A stretch of DNA of 64,000 nt from Octopus sinensis (taxonomy: Eukaryota), in assembly GCF_006345805.1 (NCBI RefSeq), contig NW_021833261.1:14258-78257 (forward strand). Direction: 5' to 3'. The stretch's first letter is position 1. Every line of letters starts with the position of its first letter. Below, in pieces: positions 1 to 12,929 of the stretch. The notes below the pieces were generated by a model. It was not told the origin of the DNA. It saw only the letters and a program-made list of their open reading frames with translations, and made no database searches. The translations under genes and the position numbers were made by a program.

Positions 1-176
1 TTCATACATGCATACATACATGCATACATACATACATACATACATACATACATACATACATACATACATACATACATACATACATACATACATGCATACA
101 TACATACAAGCATACATACATACATGCATACATACATACATACATACATACACACATACATACATACATGCATTCA

Positions 177-210
<34 letters not shown>

Positions 211-290
211 CATACATACATACATACATACATACATACATACATACATGCATGCATGCATGCATGCATGCATGCATGCATGCATGCATG
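1..290. repeat. (CATA)n/(CATG)n microsatellite
   Basis: Direct tetranucleotide repeat; explains the HTYI/MYVC ORFs. Confidence 0.97.
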
Positions 291-459
291 AACTGGCAAC
301 AGCCGTTTGAACTGTATGACTGATTCTTATTTTACCGACTCTGCTGGGATAAATGATAAAATCGAGTTCGACCAAATTTGAAATGCAGACGTAGAGGAAT
401 GTGATAACGGGCATTAACTCATCGTTTTCTATCCATTCGCTGCCATTGTCACTAAGGTA

Positions 460-685
460 TATTGGTTTCGAATTGTGGCACAATCCCAGAAATTTCGGAG
501 GAGGAGGAGGTAAATCGACTACATGAACCCCCGTGTTCAACTGGAACTTAATTTATCGATTCACAAAAACGATAAATGCCGAAGTCGACCTTGGTGGAAT
601 TTGAACTCAGAACGTAGAGACGAACGAAATGCCGCGAAGTATTTTGTCCATCACACTACCGACTCTGCCAGATCGTCACCTTATT
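460..685 (-). mobile_element. tRNA-derived SINE (same family as 33840-34065)
   Basis: Reverse strand has a tRNA-like head with B box (GAGTTCAAATTCC); alignable by eye to 33840-34065. Confidence 0.7.
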
Positions 686-1740
686 ACTACAATATGTTAA
701 AGAGTGTTCACCTGTTTCGAAGTATCCTGTTCTGGTGTTACCTTGTTTACAACTCCGAGATACACTTAGGCGATATCAATAATGTTAAACATCCTTTGTT
801 CAATATATTCTTTTACAATGGTATGGTATAAACCCAGGATTGACTCTGTCTTTGTATTTCAATTAACAGATATTGACTCTGTGTTTTTTTCTTGCAATTA
901 ACAGATATTCATTGATTAATTGATGATATTAATCAATTAGGAAGGTTATTTATTATTCACTTCATAGAGATTTTATGATCAACAGTGTTGTTAGTTACAA
1001 GGCTTTCAATTAACTAACTTTGACCTACATAATACCTAATAATCAATATTCCTAAACTAAACTCTCATTCGTGAATATATGGTCGTTGGATATCGGATAT
1101 TTTATGTAGTATGTAATGAATGTTGATGAGTCGTCTATTAATCTTTTGTTTCGGATCATTATTCTACTTCTTATAAGAAGCTAAGAACTTGGTCTAGATT
1201 GTTCGAAACTGTTGAATGCCGGCCTGATTTCTCTGTGCATTACGTCAAATGAAAACACCAAATATTTTGAAAGTTGTCAATGCCAACACTTTCGATTTTC
1301 CTATCTTTTTATCAAAATCTCAATTCGAAAATTCAAATGCTTAGAGATGGTCGGTTGACCTTTCGGGTTAGTTTCTATTGTTGCCTGCAAGTGTCAAACC
1401 AAATATTATCTTTATTTTGTTTGCATTCTTTTTCAAAACAAGCTTCTAAAATCTTTCTTCTTTTTTAGAACATAATATATATTTCAAATAATGTTATCCA
1501 ATGTGTTTTATTTTAGAAGATGGTAAAGAGTGTTATGTAGAAAATATGTTTGCCAAATCTCGCGAGTCGGACATCTTTACAGAAGTTTCCTCATTCAAAC
1601 GTGCAGTTTTGATACAACCATTTGGTTTATTTTTGTCATGTTTTTACTTAATCTTAAACCTATTATTCAAGAACGATATTTTCATTTTAAGAGCACGAGT
1701 GTTTGGGACTGAATTTGCTGGTTATATGGCGTGGTTGGAT

Positions 1741-2630
1741 AGCTTATGGGACCTTCTTACAGATCTTATCTCCAAGATTGTGAGTGGTATTTTCCCCTAG
1801 CACAATAAGTCGTCAGACGAACTAAAATTCTTTTTTTTTTTAATTAAACGGTGTCAAGATGTTTTCTAAATTGGATCTTTCTGACGCGTACCTACAAATT
1901 AGAGTAGACGATGAATGCTCTAAATACATAACAATTAACACACAGGAAAGACTGTATAAATACAACAGGTTACAATTTGGCTTAAAAGTCACGACAGCAA
2001 TTTTTCGACAGATTTTGGATGCAATATTAGCGGACTGTGAATTTTTACCTCCATACCTGGATAATATAATCCTATAAAAAACGATTCCAGGGATCAACAC
2101 GTAGAACACGTAAGATATGTACTCGAAAAAATTAGATTAATACGGCCTTATTTGAATGAACCGATTAATAGTTGATCCAAATATACCACCGGAAATGTCA
2201 CCCGCAGAACCGATGTTTGCTAGAAAGGTCACATCCGTCTTTGATAAGTTGATACCGAGTGAAAATTAAAAACAAAGGCGAACAACAAAATTACTTCAAA
2301 ATTCTTCTACTTTGGTGACAAAGTTTTACTTAAAACCTATAGATATGGTAAAGAAAACTGGGAAGATGGTGTAATGATTAAACAAATTGGAAAAATGTTA
2401 TTACTGGTCGGAGAGAGGTGAGGGAGACTAATTCTTAAAAGAGAAGATGTTATGGAAAGATTCTGACCACCTACCATGTAACTGAAGGTGGTCTGACTCA
2501 TTGTTATAAAATAAAGAACTGTGAGCGATTGGCAGTTCAAGTTGGTAAGCAGTTCACTGTGAGCTGTGATTAAGAGCGTTGAATCTCAGGTAATAGTAAT
2601 AGTAGCGAGAAGTTGTTAAATTATATATCG
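1741..2630 (+). mobile_element. Gypsy/Ty3 LTR retrotransposon relic (RT fragment and 3' LTR)
   Basis: FSKLDLSDAYLQI...GLYKY-like...RLQFGLKV...YLDNII is Gypsy RT; 2466-2620 matches the LTR-like sequence at 51085-51240 and 53350-53440. Confidence 0.8.
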
Positions 2631-3790
2631 AACACAAGTATATAAAATAATATTACATGCAGATGACTCGTTGCAAATAGATCAGATTGTTTGCAGCAGC
2701 GACGTTTCTGTCGTAGAAACTGAGCATTCGTTTCATGATATTCTAAAACAACACGCATGAAGCATGGACCTGAGAGTGAAAGACACCTGAGAGGATGTTG
2801 CATGGTGAACAGACAATGTCAAAGAAGATTCCTAGCGAATTTCTTGAAGAAACAAGAGCCAATGGCAATGGTTATCCATGCTACAGGTGACGCCAAGATG
2901 GGACAATGCAAGTTATTAAAGTTCATAATAGGTGTCTAGTCCTCAATAGAAAGGACCAATGTCGTACTTTCAAAGCGCATGTAAATATGCAAATATGTCC
3001 GACTACCAAGTCAATGAAATACATATTCAAGTAACTCTATAAATGCTACAAAAACATTAATTTTAATATAAGTAAAAGGAAGATGGACGTTGAAGTTGTA
3101 CATGATGAAAATATATAACAGATCCCATACTGTTATACTCGCTGCCAGTGCAACAGCAAGAATCTGTCTTTTACAGAGAAAGTAATGAGAAAGACGCGTT
3201 AGAGAGAGAGAAGAGCTGCCCGTTGTAACACGCCTCTACCATCATGGTTTGTCCTTAGTAAATACAAGACGCCGGTTGCATATTGATATTCCTTATCATT
3301 ATGTGTGTGACAAAGGGATGACTGTTTGGAAACTACACGAGAGATGAGAAGAGAGAATTATTTCAAGACTTTAGTTTCCAAATCCAAAGCAAAAAGAAAT
3401 AGTTTATCTGAGATTGTTATTGTTACATGTTGAAGGAGCTCGTATTTTTTGACGATCTTAAAACAGCTGATATTGTGCGATATGAGTTGGCATGAAATAG
3501 CTGTCATCGTTTTAATAACACAAGTGGAAATATACTTTATAAATGAGTGCGACCCTTTAGTTTCAACTCACAGCGGGAAATGTCACATTTAAGAATTATT
3601 GGAATTTAAAAAAATGAAAAACGCCAAAGTCTTTAGATACGAAATTTATCAATGGTTGCTTTCATAGTTTTTGATAAAGTTGCTGGTATTTTTGTGTAGT
3701 AGTATAAACATGCTTACGCATACACATGCAAAAGCACACACACATACACAGACAACCACACATATGTATATATCTATATATATATATATA

Positions 3791-3870
<80 letters not shown>

Positions 3871-4013
3871 AGTAGTTGAATGAATTATCCTAGTATGGAT
3901 AATTCGGTTAACCGATACCCGGGTAGCAAATTCACGTCAGAGAACATATGTCGAGAATAAAAGAATTTTGTTAAATCGTCGTTTGACTCCATTCTTTCAT
4001 TTATATATATATA

Positions 4014-4103
<90 letters not shown>

Positions 4104-4111
<8 letters not shown>

Positions 4112-5174
4112 TGATTGTTTCATCATATGGAAAGAACCTTATGAAAAACTCCTGGAATTCAAAACCATACTAAACAACATACATCCCAACATCCAATTCA
4201 CTATGGAATTAAGCAAACATCATCTCCCATTCCTTGATCTCCTAATTATAAAAACACCTAAGAACCAAATCATAACAGACATCTACCACAAACCTACAGA
4301 CTCACAACAATACCTCCTCTTTAGTTCATGCCACCCAAAACACACCAAGACAAATATCCCTTTCAATTTAGCTAAAAGGGTATGCACCATTGTCTCGGAT
4401 CCAAAAACACGAGAAATACGCCTTCAAGACCTCAAAAAAACACTATTACAACGTCAATATCCCTCCACCCTTATAGAGTATGGAATAAAACGCGCCAAAG
4501 AACTAGACAACACTACACTGAAAACCACCCAACCTAACACCACACACAACCTCAAAATACTTCCATACATTTCCACCCACAACCCCAAAAATATCGAAGC
4601 ATACACCACAATCATACAAAACCTCAGTCTACTGTCAACAGACCCAAAAATGAAAAACATTATAAATACACACAAAATCCTCAAATGCAAAAGGCAACAC
4701 AAATCTTTAAAAAAACTCTTGACAAATGCCAAACTTCACACACCACATCCACCCCCAACAGTAAAAAAATGTGCACGCTCAAACTGTGGTACCTGCCCCT
4801 TTCTACTTGAAGGCTCTGAATTTACCTTCAAACAAGGTACGAAGTTTAAAATCAAGACTAACTTCTCCTGTTCCTCCGAGAACCTTATCTACGTTCTCAC
4901 ATGCGCTGGTTGCCAACATAATTATGTTGGACAAACGAGTCTCCCGTTACGTAAACGAGTAACGGTGCATAAAGAACAAATAAACCTTCCGGAATACCGA
5001 CAAATTCCACTGAGTGACCACTTAGACTCATGTGCTAAAGACTTAAACCCCAAATTCTATATATTCCCCTTCTACCAATGTAAAGACGGGATCACCACAC
5101 AGGAGAGAATTAACAAGGAGAATCTCTTTATTGAAAAATTCCAAACACAACTTAATATGCAAACTCCTCGTTGA
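4104..5174 (+). CDS. PLE polyprotein fragment (RT from YIDD onward, linker, GIY-YIG endonuclease)
   Basis: Open frame from YIDDCFIIW through LPFLDLLI, IYHKPTDSQQYL, SCHP and LIYVLTCAGCQHNYVGQT..LRKRVTVHK. Confidence 0.85.
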
Positions 5175-5806
5175 TCAAACTTCCTTTCTCTACCTCACTC
5201 TTCATGGATGGACTAACACAAATATATAAAGATACCATGCATTCATCACTTCAAGCTAAAACTTATATTCTTTAAATATCATTTTTACTATTGTTGTTAT
5301 TACTATCATTTTTATTATAAATGATATGACAATTTGAAATGCAATTGTCTATGCAGATTTATATTATTAGAAAATAATATAAATAAAGTGTTAAAATCTG
5401 AAAGTTAAGTTAACAAGCAATTATATAAAAAAGATAATGCAAATGAAGCTAAAATGATAGTTTTATAATTTGGGTTTTATTGAAGAACTCAAAAGAGTTG
5501 TCTCCCCTTACCCACAACACAGGAACTGAAGAACCAGGATCACAATTACTACTACTTCCTGTCCTGCAACATGCTGAATTTAACAACACAACACATCACA
5601 TGCTCTTAATCCCTTTGGATCTTAACACCTCAAGGTAATTTTTTGGTAAACAACCATAAAACTCAAGATACACAACGAACTCACAATGTATCGGAGAACT
5701 TATTTTTTAATTTTTGTACATTTTTATCATTATTCTTTTACAAAAAACAATGCAATTTTCTTTTTTTCCCATTTCTAATTTTTAAAATAACTTCTTAAAA
5801 CATAAA

Positions 5807-5847
5807 TATTCTTGACAAGTCATACAATGACGAAAACCGGTTGAATA
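5807..5847 (+). ncRNA. Minimal hammerhead ribozyme-like motif in the PLE 3' end
   Basis: TATTC-TTGACAA-GTCAT aca ATGAC-GAAA-ACCGGT-T-GAATA: stem I, U3/A8 core variant, stem II, palindromic stem III; one surplus A. Confidence 0.5.
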
Positions 5848-6261
5848 AATATATATTTATATATTTTATCATTTTCTCATTTTATTAAAATTTTCTTTCA
5901 TTTGAGCATTCTGTTTTTTTAAAAAAATTTTTCCTTACTTATCATTTCTCCACGTGCGGTCAACACAACCCCACCATTTATTGATCTATATATATATATA
6001 TATATATATATGTATGCATGTATGTATGTATCATCTGGTGATCTTATGCCATCTCAATCGTTAAGTCAATACCTTTTCACCCGGAGTATCTTTATAAAGT
6101 GTATTGAATAGATACAAACACTTCAGTTGTGGAATACAATGCCACCTAATAGTGATAAATCGATACGAAGTTCATATAACGATTATCCTTCATTAAGAGG
6201 ATAAATTCAAACAAGTAACATCTCGCTCTTGACAGCTATTTCTACCTAGAAAACAGAAAGA

Positions 6262-6292
6262 ATGTTGAGGAGGAATTATCTTCAAATTATTT
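6262..6292 (+). CDS. PAN-protein gene A, coding exon 1 (MLRRNYLQII, phase 1)
   Basis: ATG, 31 nt, then GTAAGT donor; conserved in copy B (54890-54920); possible upstream acceptor at 6234-6235. Confidence 0.7.
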
Positions 6293-6557
6293 GTAAGTAA
6301 ATGTTTTATTGTATTATTAATATAAGCTTTTATTTTTTAAGAGTTTAGCCATCGCGCCTGAGACCCTACAAGAACACACTTTATATATATATGAGTTCAG
6401 ATGAATATGGTACTTAAGTTGAGGGACCAGAATTTATTACGGTATTATCTATACAATTTCAAAGTAAGGTGATTAAAATCAAATTATGCAACAAGGATAA
6501 TCAAAAGTAATGCAATTTTCTTTTACTCTCTCTATTTTGGTAAACCTTTGGTATATA

Positions 6558-7073
6558 ACGTAAATCCTCGAGTATATCCGCATTTTTTTTCCTAAAATTT
6601 AAAGGTCAAAATACCTAGTGCGTACTGTATACGAGGTTAAAAATGAAAACTATTTTCTAAGCTATGTCCGAGTCTCTATTTGCTGTCTGGCTATGTTTAT
6701 TCAGACGCATTTTGTGATGTCGGGCGTGAAAATACCTTAAGCTAAACCTGAAAGCAATGAAGTCATAAAAGAATCATCCATAACTTGCAGTAAGCAACAT
6801 TTATTAAACGTTATTACTGTTATTTCTTTATTTTCTGCAAACAAAATGCACAAAAAAAGCTACACGTTCGCACAATGTTATATATACAATAATAATAAAA
6901 GACATTACCGTATACATGTTTACAAACCAAGGATGTTATATAGACCTCCTTGACTCAAGTTAGAGAAGGAGTGCATATTATACACAAGGTTTAGGTTTTT
7001 CAGAGGTACAGCACCCCCTCCCAAATCCCCTGCGTTTTATACTCAAAGGCGGACTATACTCGAGGAGTTAAGG
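6558..7073. mobile_element. pogo/Tigger-like MITE with TA target duplication
   Basis: Terminal inverted repeats CGTAAATCCTCGAGTATA.CCGC flanked by TA; also at 55289-55808. Confidence 0.7.
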
Positions 7074-8251
7074 TACTCCAAATATTCAAAGAAGTTTTAT
7101 CCTTATATTAAAATTTCATTCTTAATAATCTTCTTGATTACCCTAAATTTTAACTTTATACAATAAGACAATATTGTTTGAAAAGATCTTTAGAAATTAC
7201 TTGATTTATCTCTTTCTTAAATGGCTCTATTTTCCTGATCTTAGTATTTACAAGGGCCTTTATATAAATAACCCTTCTAAACAAGTACAACTAAGAAACT
7301 ATAAATATCATGAAGGAAGTAACAATATTAACTTCTTAAATCTATGATATAACCTTTATTTAGAAAAAAAGATTAGCGTAAAATATGATTGTTTCATAAC
7401 TTAAATATTCTTTTAGGTGACATCAAACATCAGACTTTTATTGATATTACCTAAATAAGTAAATATATAAATTTTAGTCTAATATATTTTGAATTATTAT
7501 ACTTTTTTCTAAAAATCTTCTCTATTGGTGTTAATAAGCTACATATACATTACCATAAGTTTTAGTAATTAAGCTATTTTATTTCCTTTTCTATGGTGTT
7601 TTGCCCTACTTGATCATTTTATTGTATTTCTTAATTATATTATAATTAGCCTTTATTTATAAAATTAATCTATTTTTTGTATCTCTATAAATTCATACTA
7701 TACTGGTATATTCATTACGTATAAAAAAACCTGCTTAGATTATAATTTTCTTTATATATAATTAACATGTTCCTTTGCCTCAATACTCCTTTATTAATAC
7801 CAGTTTATACCAATTAATCAATTTTTTATTCACCACTGAGTACCACAAGGAACAATCGTCATGTGGCCATATCTTAATAATGCTACATGCAGATGACCCG
7901 TTGACACAACAAGAATTCTCAATGAAGAGAGACGTTTGCATAACCAAATTCCTGCCAAAATGAAAGACTGCGGTGCGTGGAATCAATTTTAGGGTTTACA
8001 AATAAATGATCCTTCGTATTCCTTCTTGTTACTCCAACTTATGCAATTATACATGTATGTATGTATGTATGTATGTATGTATGTATATGTGTATGTGTGT
8101 TTTTATATGTATGCACATATATATACACATGAGTATACATATATATTAAAATGAATATACATATATGTATGTATACATACATTCATACATACACACATAC
8201 ACACATACATACATATGCATACATACATGCTTATATATATATACATATATA

Positions 8252-8665
8252 TATAGGGAAGCTTTATGAAAATAGACAAAAGACGAAGGCAGGTTTACGG
8301 AAATAAACAAAAGACGAAGGCAGGTGGAATACAAACAAACAATTGTATTAGTATGGCGCTCAGGAATATAAATAAAACTAGTCTTTAACGTTTCGAGCCT
8401 ACGCTCTTCAACAGAAAGATACACAGAGAAAAAACACAGAAAGAAGGAGAGAAAAAAAATATGCGTGCAGAGGCTAGCGAATCAACATGGCGATCTGATT
8501 TCGGCCAGAAGTCAAAGATCAAACGTGAGACGCAAGAGCGAAATTAGGGGAGATAATAGGGTTAAATGACCTCGCTCCAACATAAGAGTGTGTGTGTGTA
8601 TGAGAAGAGTGTGTGTGTGTGTGTATGAGAGAGTATTAGTGCGTATGAGAGGTCTGGACGTGTGT
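8252..8665 (-). mobile_element. Short repeat, probably a PLE terminal fragment (inverted copy at 18940-19285)
   Basis: Reverse complement of 18940-19285; contains TTGAAGAG..CTCGAAACGTT; absent from copy B. Confidence 0.6.
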
Positions 8666-8689
8666 ATGTATATATGATGTGATGTGTAA

Positions 8690-9060
8690 AGTCGTATGGT
8701 GTAGTGTAGAGAGAGGAGATGAGGGAAGAGGGGGAGGGGGAGGGGGAGGGGGAGGGGCGGGGGGAGAAATAAAGGGGAGAAGGAAAGGGGAGAAGAGGAG
8801 GTGGAAGGGGAGAAGAGGAGGTGGAAGGGGAGAAGGAAGGAGAGGAGAAGAGGGGGAGGGGAGATGAGGAGGGAGGATAGAGGGAGAGGGGGAGAGAGAG
8901 AGAAGGGGAGTGAGGGAGCAGAGAGAAAGAGGGAAGGGGAAGAGGGAAGAAGGGAAGAGGAGTAGGGAAGGATGAAGGCCTGAAGAGAAGGAGGGGTCGG
9001 GGGGAGGTTAGATGAGGAGGGGGAGAGGGGGGTTAGATGAGGAGGGGGGAGAGTTGAGAC
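8690..9060 (+). repeat. G/A-rich polypurine low-complexity tract
   Basis: GGGGA/GGAGA runs; potential G4 or triplex DNA. Confidence 0.85.
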
Positions 9061-10250
9061 CAAATGGCGTATATATATAAAATGGGTGAATATTAACATG
9101 ACCTAAATCTTCTGAACTATGCCTATCCCTTGTCCAGTGAGATCAAAATTAATCAGGGATCGTTGGTTGTTACTAGACTCCACGACACTCACCCTCAGTG
9201 TTCGTTGGTTGTCACTCATTTCCACGACACTCACTCTCTTGAGTTATTGCCTATTTTATGCCATCTCTATTACTTAAATCCAACAAGACTATTTTGAATC
9301 GTTGTGTAAAACTCTGGTAGTTTAGTATGGAAGAATTAGTTAATATAAATTTTATGTCGTAACTCTCTACGACAATTTTCTTTGAATTCTAAATGTACTG
9401 TAAATATTAAATGTACATAAATAAACTAATTTAGTAAATAATTTCTCTTTCTTCCTTTTCTTCAACCTGTTAATGAGATTTATTTCTGTATCCATGAAAC
9501 TGTTATTATAGCGGTGACCTTTCAACATGTACGTTTCAGCGTCTTGGTGTATAATTCATCACGGTGTTTACGCAGCCTGAGTTAAGATTTATGTATAGTG
9601 GTAACACTTATAGTTATGTTATAAGTGAATGGTTTATCACCATAGAATTCTACTCAGTAAACATCTATATTTATTACCTTTTCCAAGTCAAAAATACTCT
9701 ACACCAGATAATCTAACACAACCTTATATATTGGTGACAAGCCGACGTGGACTTAGAAAAGTCTACTCAGGACAATAATCACTCTGTAAATAAGATAGAA
9801 TCAACCCGTTATAAAAGTGGTAACTCGCCTTTATAAAAAGTATTACGAGCAAGTTATACGTAATACTTTCACTAAAGTCTCTGAAGTGTCTAGAATGTTC
9901 TCTTCCAAGAAATACTGATGCTTCTGATCTCGTTTGAAACAAATAACATTTCTTTTTCTTTCTTCCTCTTTTTCTATTTTTGCTCCTCTCTCTTTTTATC
10001 TCACCCTCACTCCTCCTATCCCTCTCTCTTCTGTTCCCTCTCTTTCTACCCCTCTCCAATTTGTCGCTCTCCCTCATTATTTCAATGGATAATTTTATGG
10101 TGATGTAGTGGTGGTCATCGCCGTATTTGTTACTGAATTATGCTTGTAGCACTTCTCTTTCATATTCCTTTCATCTTCATTCTTTGTAAATTAATGCTAA
10201 ACGTGAATATGAAATATGAAATTTTTTTCCAAAATAAATTTTCGTTGCAG

Positions 10251-10286
10251 TTCTCTTCTACATCTCACTGACATTTGGAAATGGAC
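10251..10286 (+). CDS. PAN-protein gene A, exon 2 (36-nt microexon, FLFYISLTFGNG; signal peptide h/c-region)
   Basis: ttttcgttgcag acceptor and GTAAGT donor; phase 1-1; identical exon at 58153-58188. Confidence 0.75.
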
Positions 10287-10842
10287 GTAAGTAAATTTAT
10301 ATCAAAATATAGACATATATCTATGAAAATTATGAAAATCACTACTCAAAACTTTAATTTATAAGTTCAGTGGAGGAAAATATTTTCCTTTCCTAATTAA
10401 ATTAGATGAAAAGAAAACTCAAGATAAATCTCGTATTATGACGAATTCAATTCTTAACATAATTTCCATTGGTGATAATTCAGTTTTCCGTCAGCTTGTA
10501 AGCATTTTGTTAAATAAAACAAAGTGCTGGTATTAGGGGACATTCTTTACAACAGACAACCGTTAAACATTATAGTATATAACTTGTGAATCATTTAAAT
10601 AATAGAATTAATTAAACAACATTTAAAACTCATTCGCAGTCATTTTCATTAAACAGATTATATATCCCAAGATCTTTGTACCTACACTATGGTAGTAACA
10701 ACTCTATCACTTCTTCCTGGTAAAAATATCAATGCTGATCCTCAAACATTTAATATTCTCTATCTTTATTATTATCTATTTTCACAATGTTTTATTTTCG
10801 TCTTCGTATTTTGGTTGTTTAATTTGCCTGGCTTTGTTACAG

Positions 10843-11100
10843 TTGACTATCTGAAGTATTTTATGAAAGTACCAGACGCCGGTCTGAAAGATGCCAAAAC
10901 ATTGATGACACTTGACGTGGATGCCTTCATCTGTTCGAAGAGTTGTTTTGAAACTTCTGCATGTAAATCCTTCGTGAGCAGAGCGATAAGTCCAAGCTGT
11001 ATTTTATACGAAGAAGACTCAACAGAGAGGATGCTAATAAGAGAATATAATACCCATTTTTATCAGTTGAGAAGATCTGTGCCGACCAAGTATAGAGACG
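10843..11100 (+). CDS. PAN-protein gene A, exon 3 (PAN/Apple-like domain 1)
   Basis: ttacag acceptor, gtaaac donor, 258 nt, phase 1-1; C-x3-C-x5-C-x-SF-x8-C-x-LY pattern. Confidence 0.85.
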
Positions 11101-11289
11101 GTAAACAAATTTGAATCGTTTTGTGTTTATTTCATTCCTTGACTTGTATTCTATGTTTTAGTCCAAAGAGAGACAATACTGTCGGCATTTGAAAATTGTC
11201 TGCGATTTCTCTGGTCGATGTAGATTAGCGTGTGTTGGAAAATAATTGTTTGTAGAGTTAAAGTTCTAATAAAGTTTTGAGTGATTTAT

Positions 11290-11660
11290 TTCTACGCTGT
11301 ACCTTGAAAAACAGCCGCAAGAGAGGTAAGCTCTGTTCATTGTGCAACAACATGAATCAAGTCAATTCCATCAGGAATCATCACAGAAATGTTATGATTT
11401 ATACAGAAGGTGGAACATGTAGAGATTCCCATTTGGTGTATGCGGCAGAATGCACGAAACACAATTCAATTTATGTTCGTTGCACAACAGAACAATTAAA
11501 CAAAATATTTAATGGACACAAATAGGATTTCAGACACAATAACAGTAGTTCGACAGAAGTTGCTGAACATTTTTCTTCAAGCGGCTGCAATTTTGAAGAA
11601 GATTTGAAAGTGCATATTCTCAGTGAATATTCTCAATCTTCTTCACTTTCACTTCTCAAA
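11290..11660 (+). mobile_element. Degenerate PLE GIY-YIG fragment
   Basis: GGTCRDSHLVYAAECTKHNSIYVRCTTEQLNKIFNGH resembles the PLE endonuclease. Confidence 0.65.
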
Positions 11661-11664
11661 GTGC

Positions 11665-12520
11665 ATGAGCTTACACATAGATTGGCAAACAAAATATTGG
11701 TCGGAAGTTTCCAACTGCATCCCCTTTACTTGAGCCCTTCTGGCATAGTACCGTTCTTCCTATTGTCATCCAGGCCATTATTTGGATGTCACTATTCGGT
11801 ACTTCGTCCATCTGTCTCGTAGTTTTCCTGTGCAGTGTTGTCAAGTTTTTAAGCCAAAAGCTCTGAACCCCATCTGGGCCAGGTGCTTCCGGATAGGAAT
11901 TTTCCTGCACTGATCTCTAATCAGCTCGGTTATTCTCAAATTCTTCTGCTGATACTCTCCATTCTCCTCTTTGAGTCTCTTTAACCACTCTGCTTCAGTT
12001 TCGTGTCGTTTCTCCTGAGACTATATGTTTGAATCGAAACTTTTTCTTTCTTCAGCATCCGGAACGGCTTTTTCACCCTTTTCTTTCCCAGTTCCTGATA
12101 GAGTATTTTCTGATTTTGTTCGAAAAGTCTGTTTAATCTGTACTGCTCAATTCTCTGTTCATATCACTTTAGTTTATGTGCTTTAGCTTCCAACCTCTGT
12201 TTTAATTCCTCAATCATATCATTGATTCCCTTTCTCTTCACCCTATACCTCCTCTTTAGCACAACATATTTCACTCACTGAACTTCATTTCTCTTTTTCC
12301 GTTCCAAAATATTAACATGGTTTCTGGTCTCGTTTATAGACTGCGTTATTCTCCTTCTCCACCTTCAGGTTACGTTGACATTTACCTTTGGCTTTCAAAT
12401 CTATCTTCCGGGCTATAAATTTCGAGATTGCATTTATCAGATTGTTGGTGTCCTGACATCACCGATGATATCATTTATCTTCCTGACCCATTCATTGAGT
12501 TTCATTCTGTCTACTTTTTA
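11665..12520 (-). mobile_element. R4/Dong-like LINE RT fragment
   Basis: APGPDGVQSFWLK...GNFRPIFCLP. Confidence 0.75.
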
Positions 12521-12929
12521 AAACATTATTAATATATATTATTATTGTCATTATTATTATAATTGTTGTTATTGTTAGTATTATTATTCATATACACTCA
12601 ACAGATAGGACTGTTGGAAAAGAAAATAATTCTAACATCGGGCTCGCACAAGTAGCTTTAGATAGCAAGAACCTTCCTAAGTATGCTAGCTTTCTTCAAT
12701 GACACTTTTCTGCAGCTGCACTATACTGGGTTTTATGCCTATTTCATCTCTCCATCTGTTCAGAAGAGAAAAACCTAAGCCACACAAACACACAATATGA
12801 AAACTAATACAACAACAGGATCAAACAAAACCCCATAACAAAACATTATCCCGCCCCCACAAAAACATGCAGCACGCACCACCCCACCAGCACAAAGTTG
12901 CAACAAGCGATGCAATAGAAAGTTGCTTG

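Larger units (their letters stand above)
3871..5985 (+). mobile_element. Penelope-like element (PLE), 5'-truncated, inserted in (TA)n
   Basis: RT C-terminus plus GIY-YIG ORF; absent from the paralogous site near 54650 in copy B. Confidence 0.88.
1559..11285 (+). repeat. Segmental duplication, copy A (paralogous to 47594-47787 plus 52926-59203)
   Basis: Collinear blocks of roughly 90-95% identity by eye: 1741-2157/52926-53340, 2528-3760/53350-54600, 6030-8110/54655-56830, 9080-11285/57310-59203. Confidence 0.93.

Noticed and set aside
2-310. HTYI/MYVC, YIYI, IYLS, poly-I/L/Y ORFs here and throughout
   Set aside because: They are translations of microsatellites.
2620-3700. Conserved upstream block as evidence of a regulatory element
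   Set aside because: Similarity to copy B is no higher than the duplication background, so constraint cannot be inferred.
3925-3960. Hammerhead at GAGAACATATGTC
   Set aside because: A palindrome is present, but no CUGANGA-type core or stem I upstream.
8512-9099. 195-aa Pro/Ser/Leu-rich ORF
   Set aside because: It is the translation of a polypurine low-complexity tract.
10689-10842. Hydrophobic N-terminal part of the 141-aa ORFs at 10689 and 58593
   Set aside because: It is T-rich intron upstream of a clear acceptor; the leader comes from exons 1-2.
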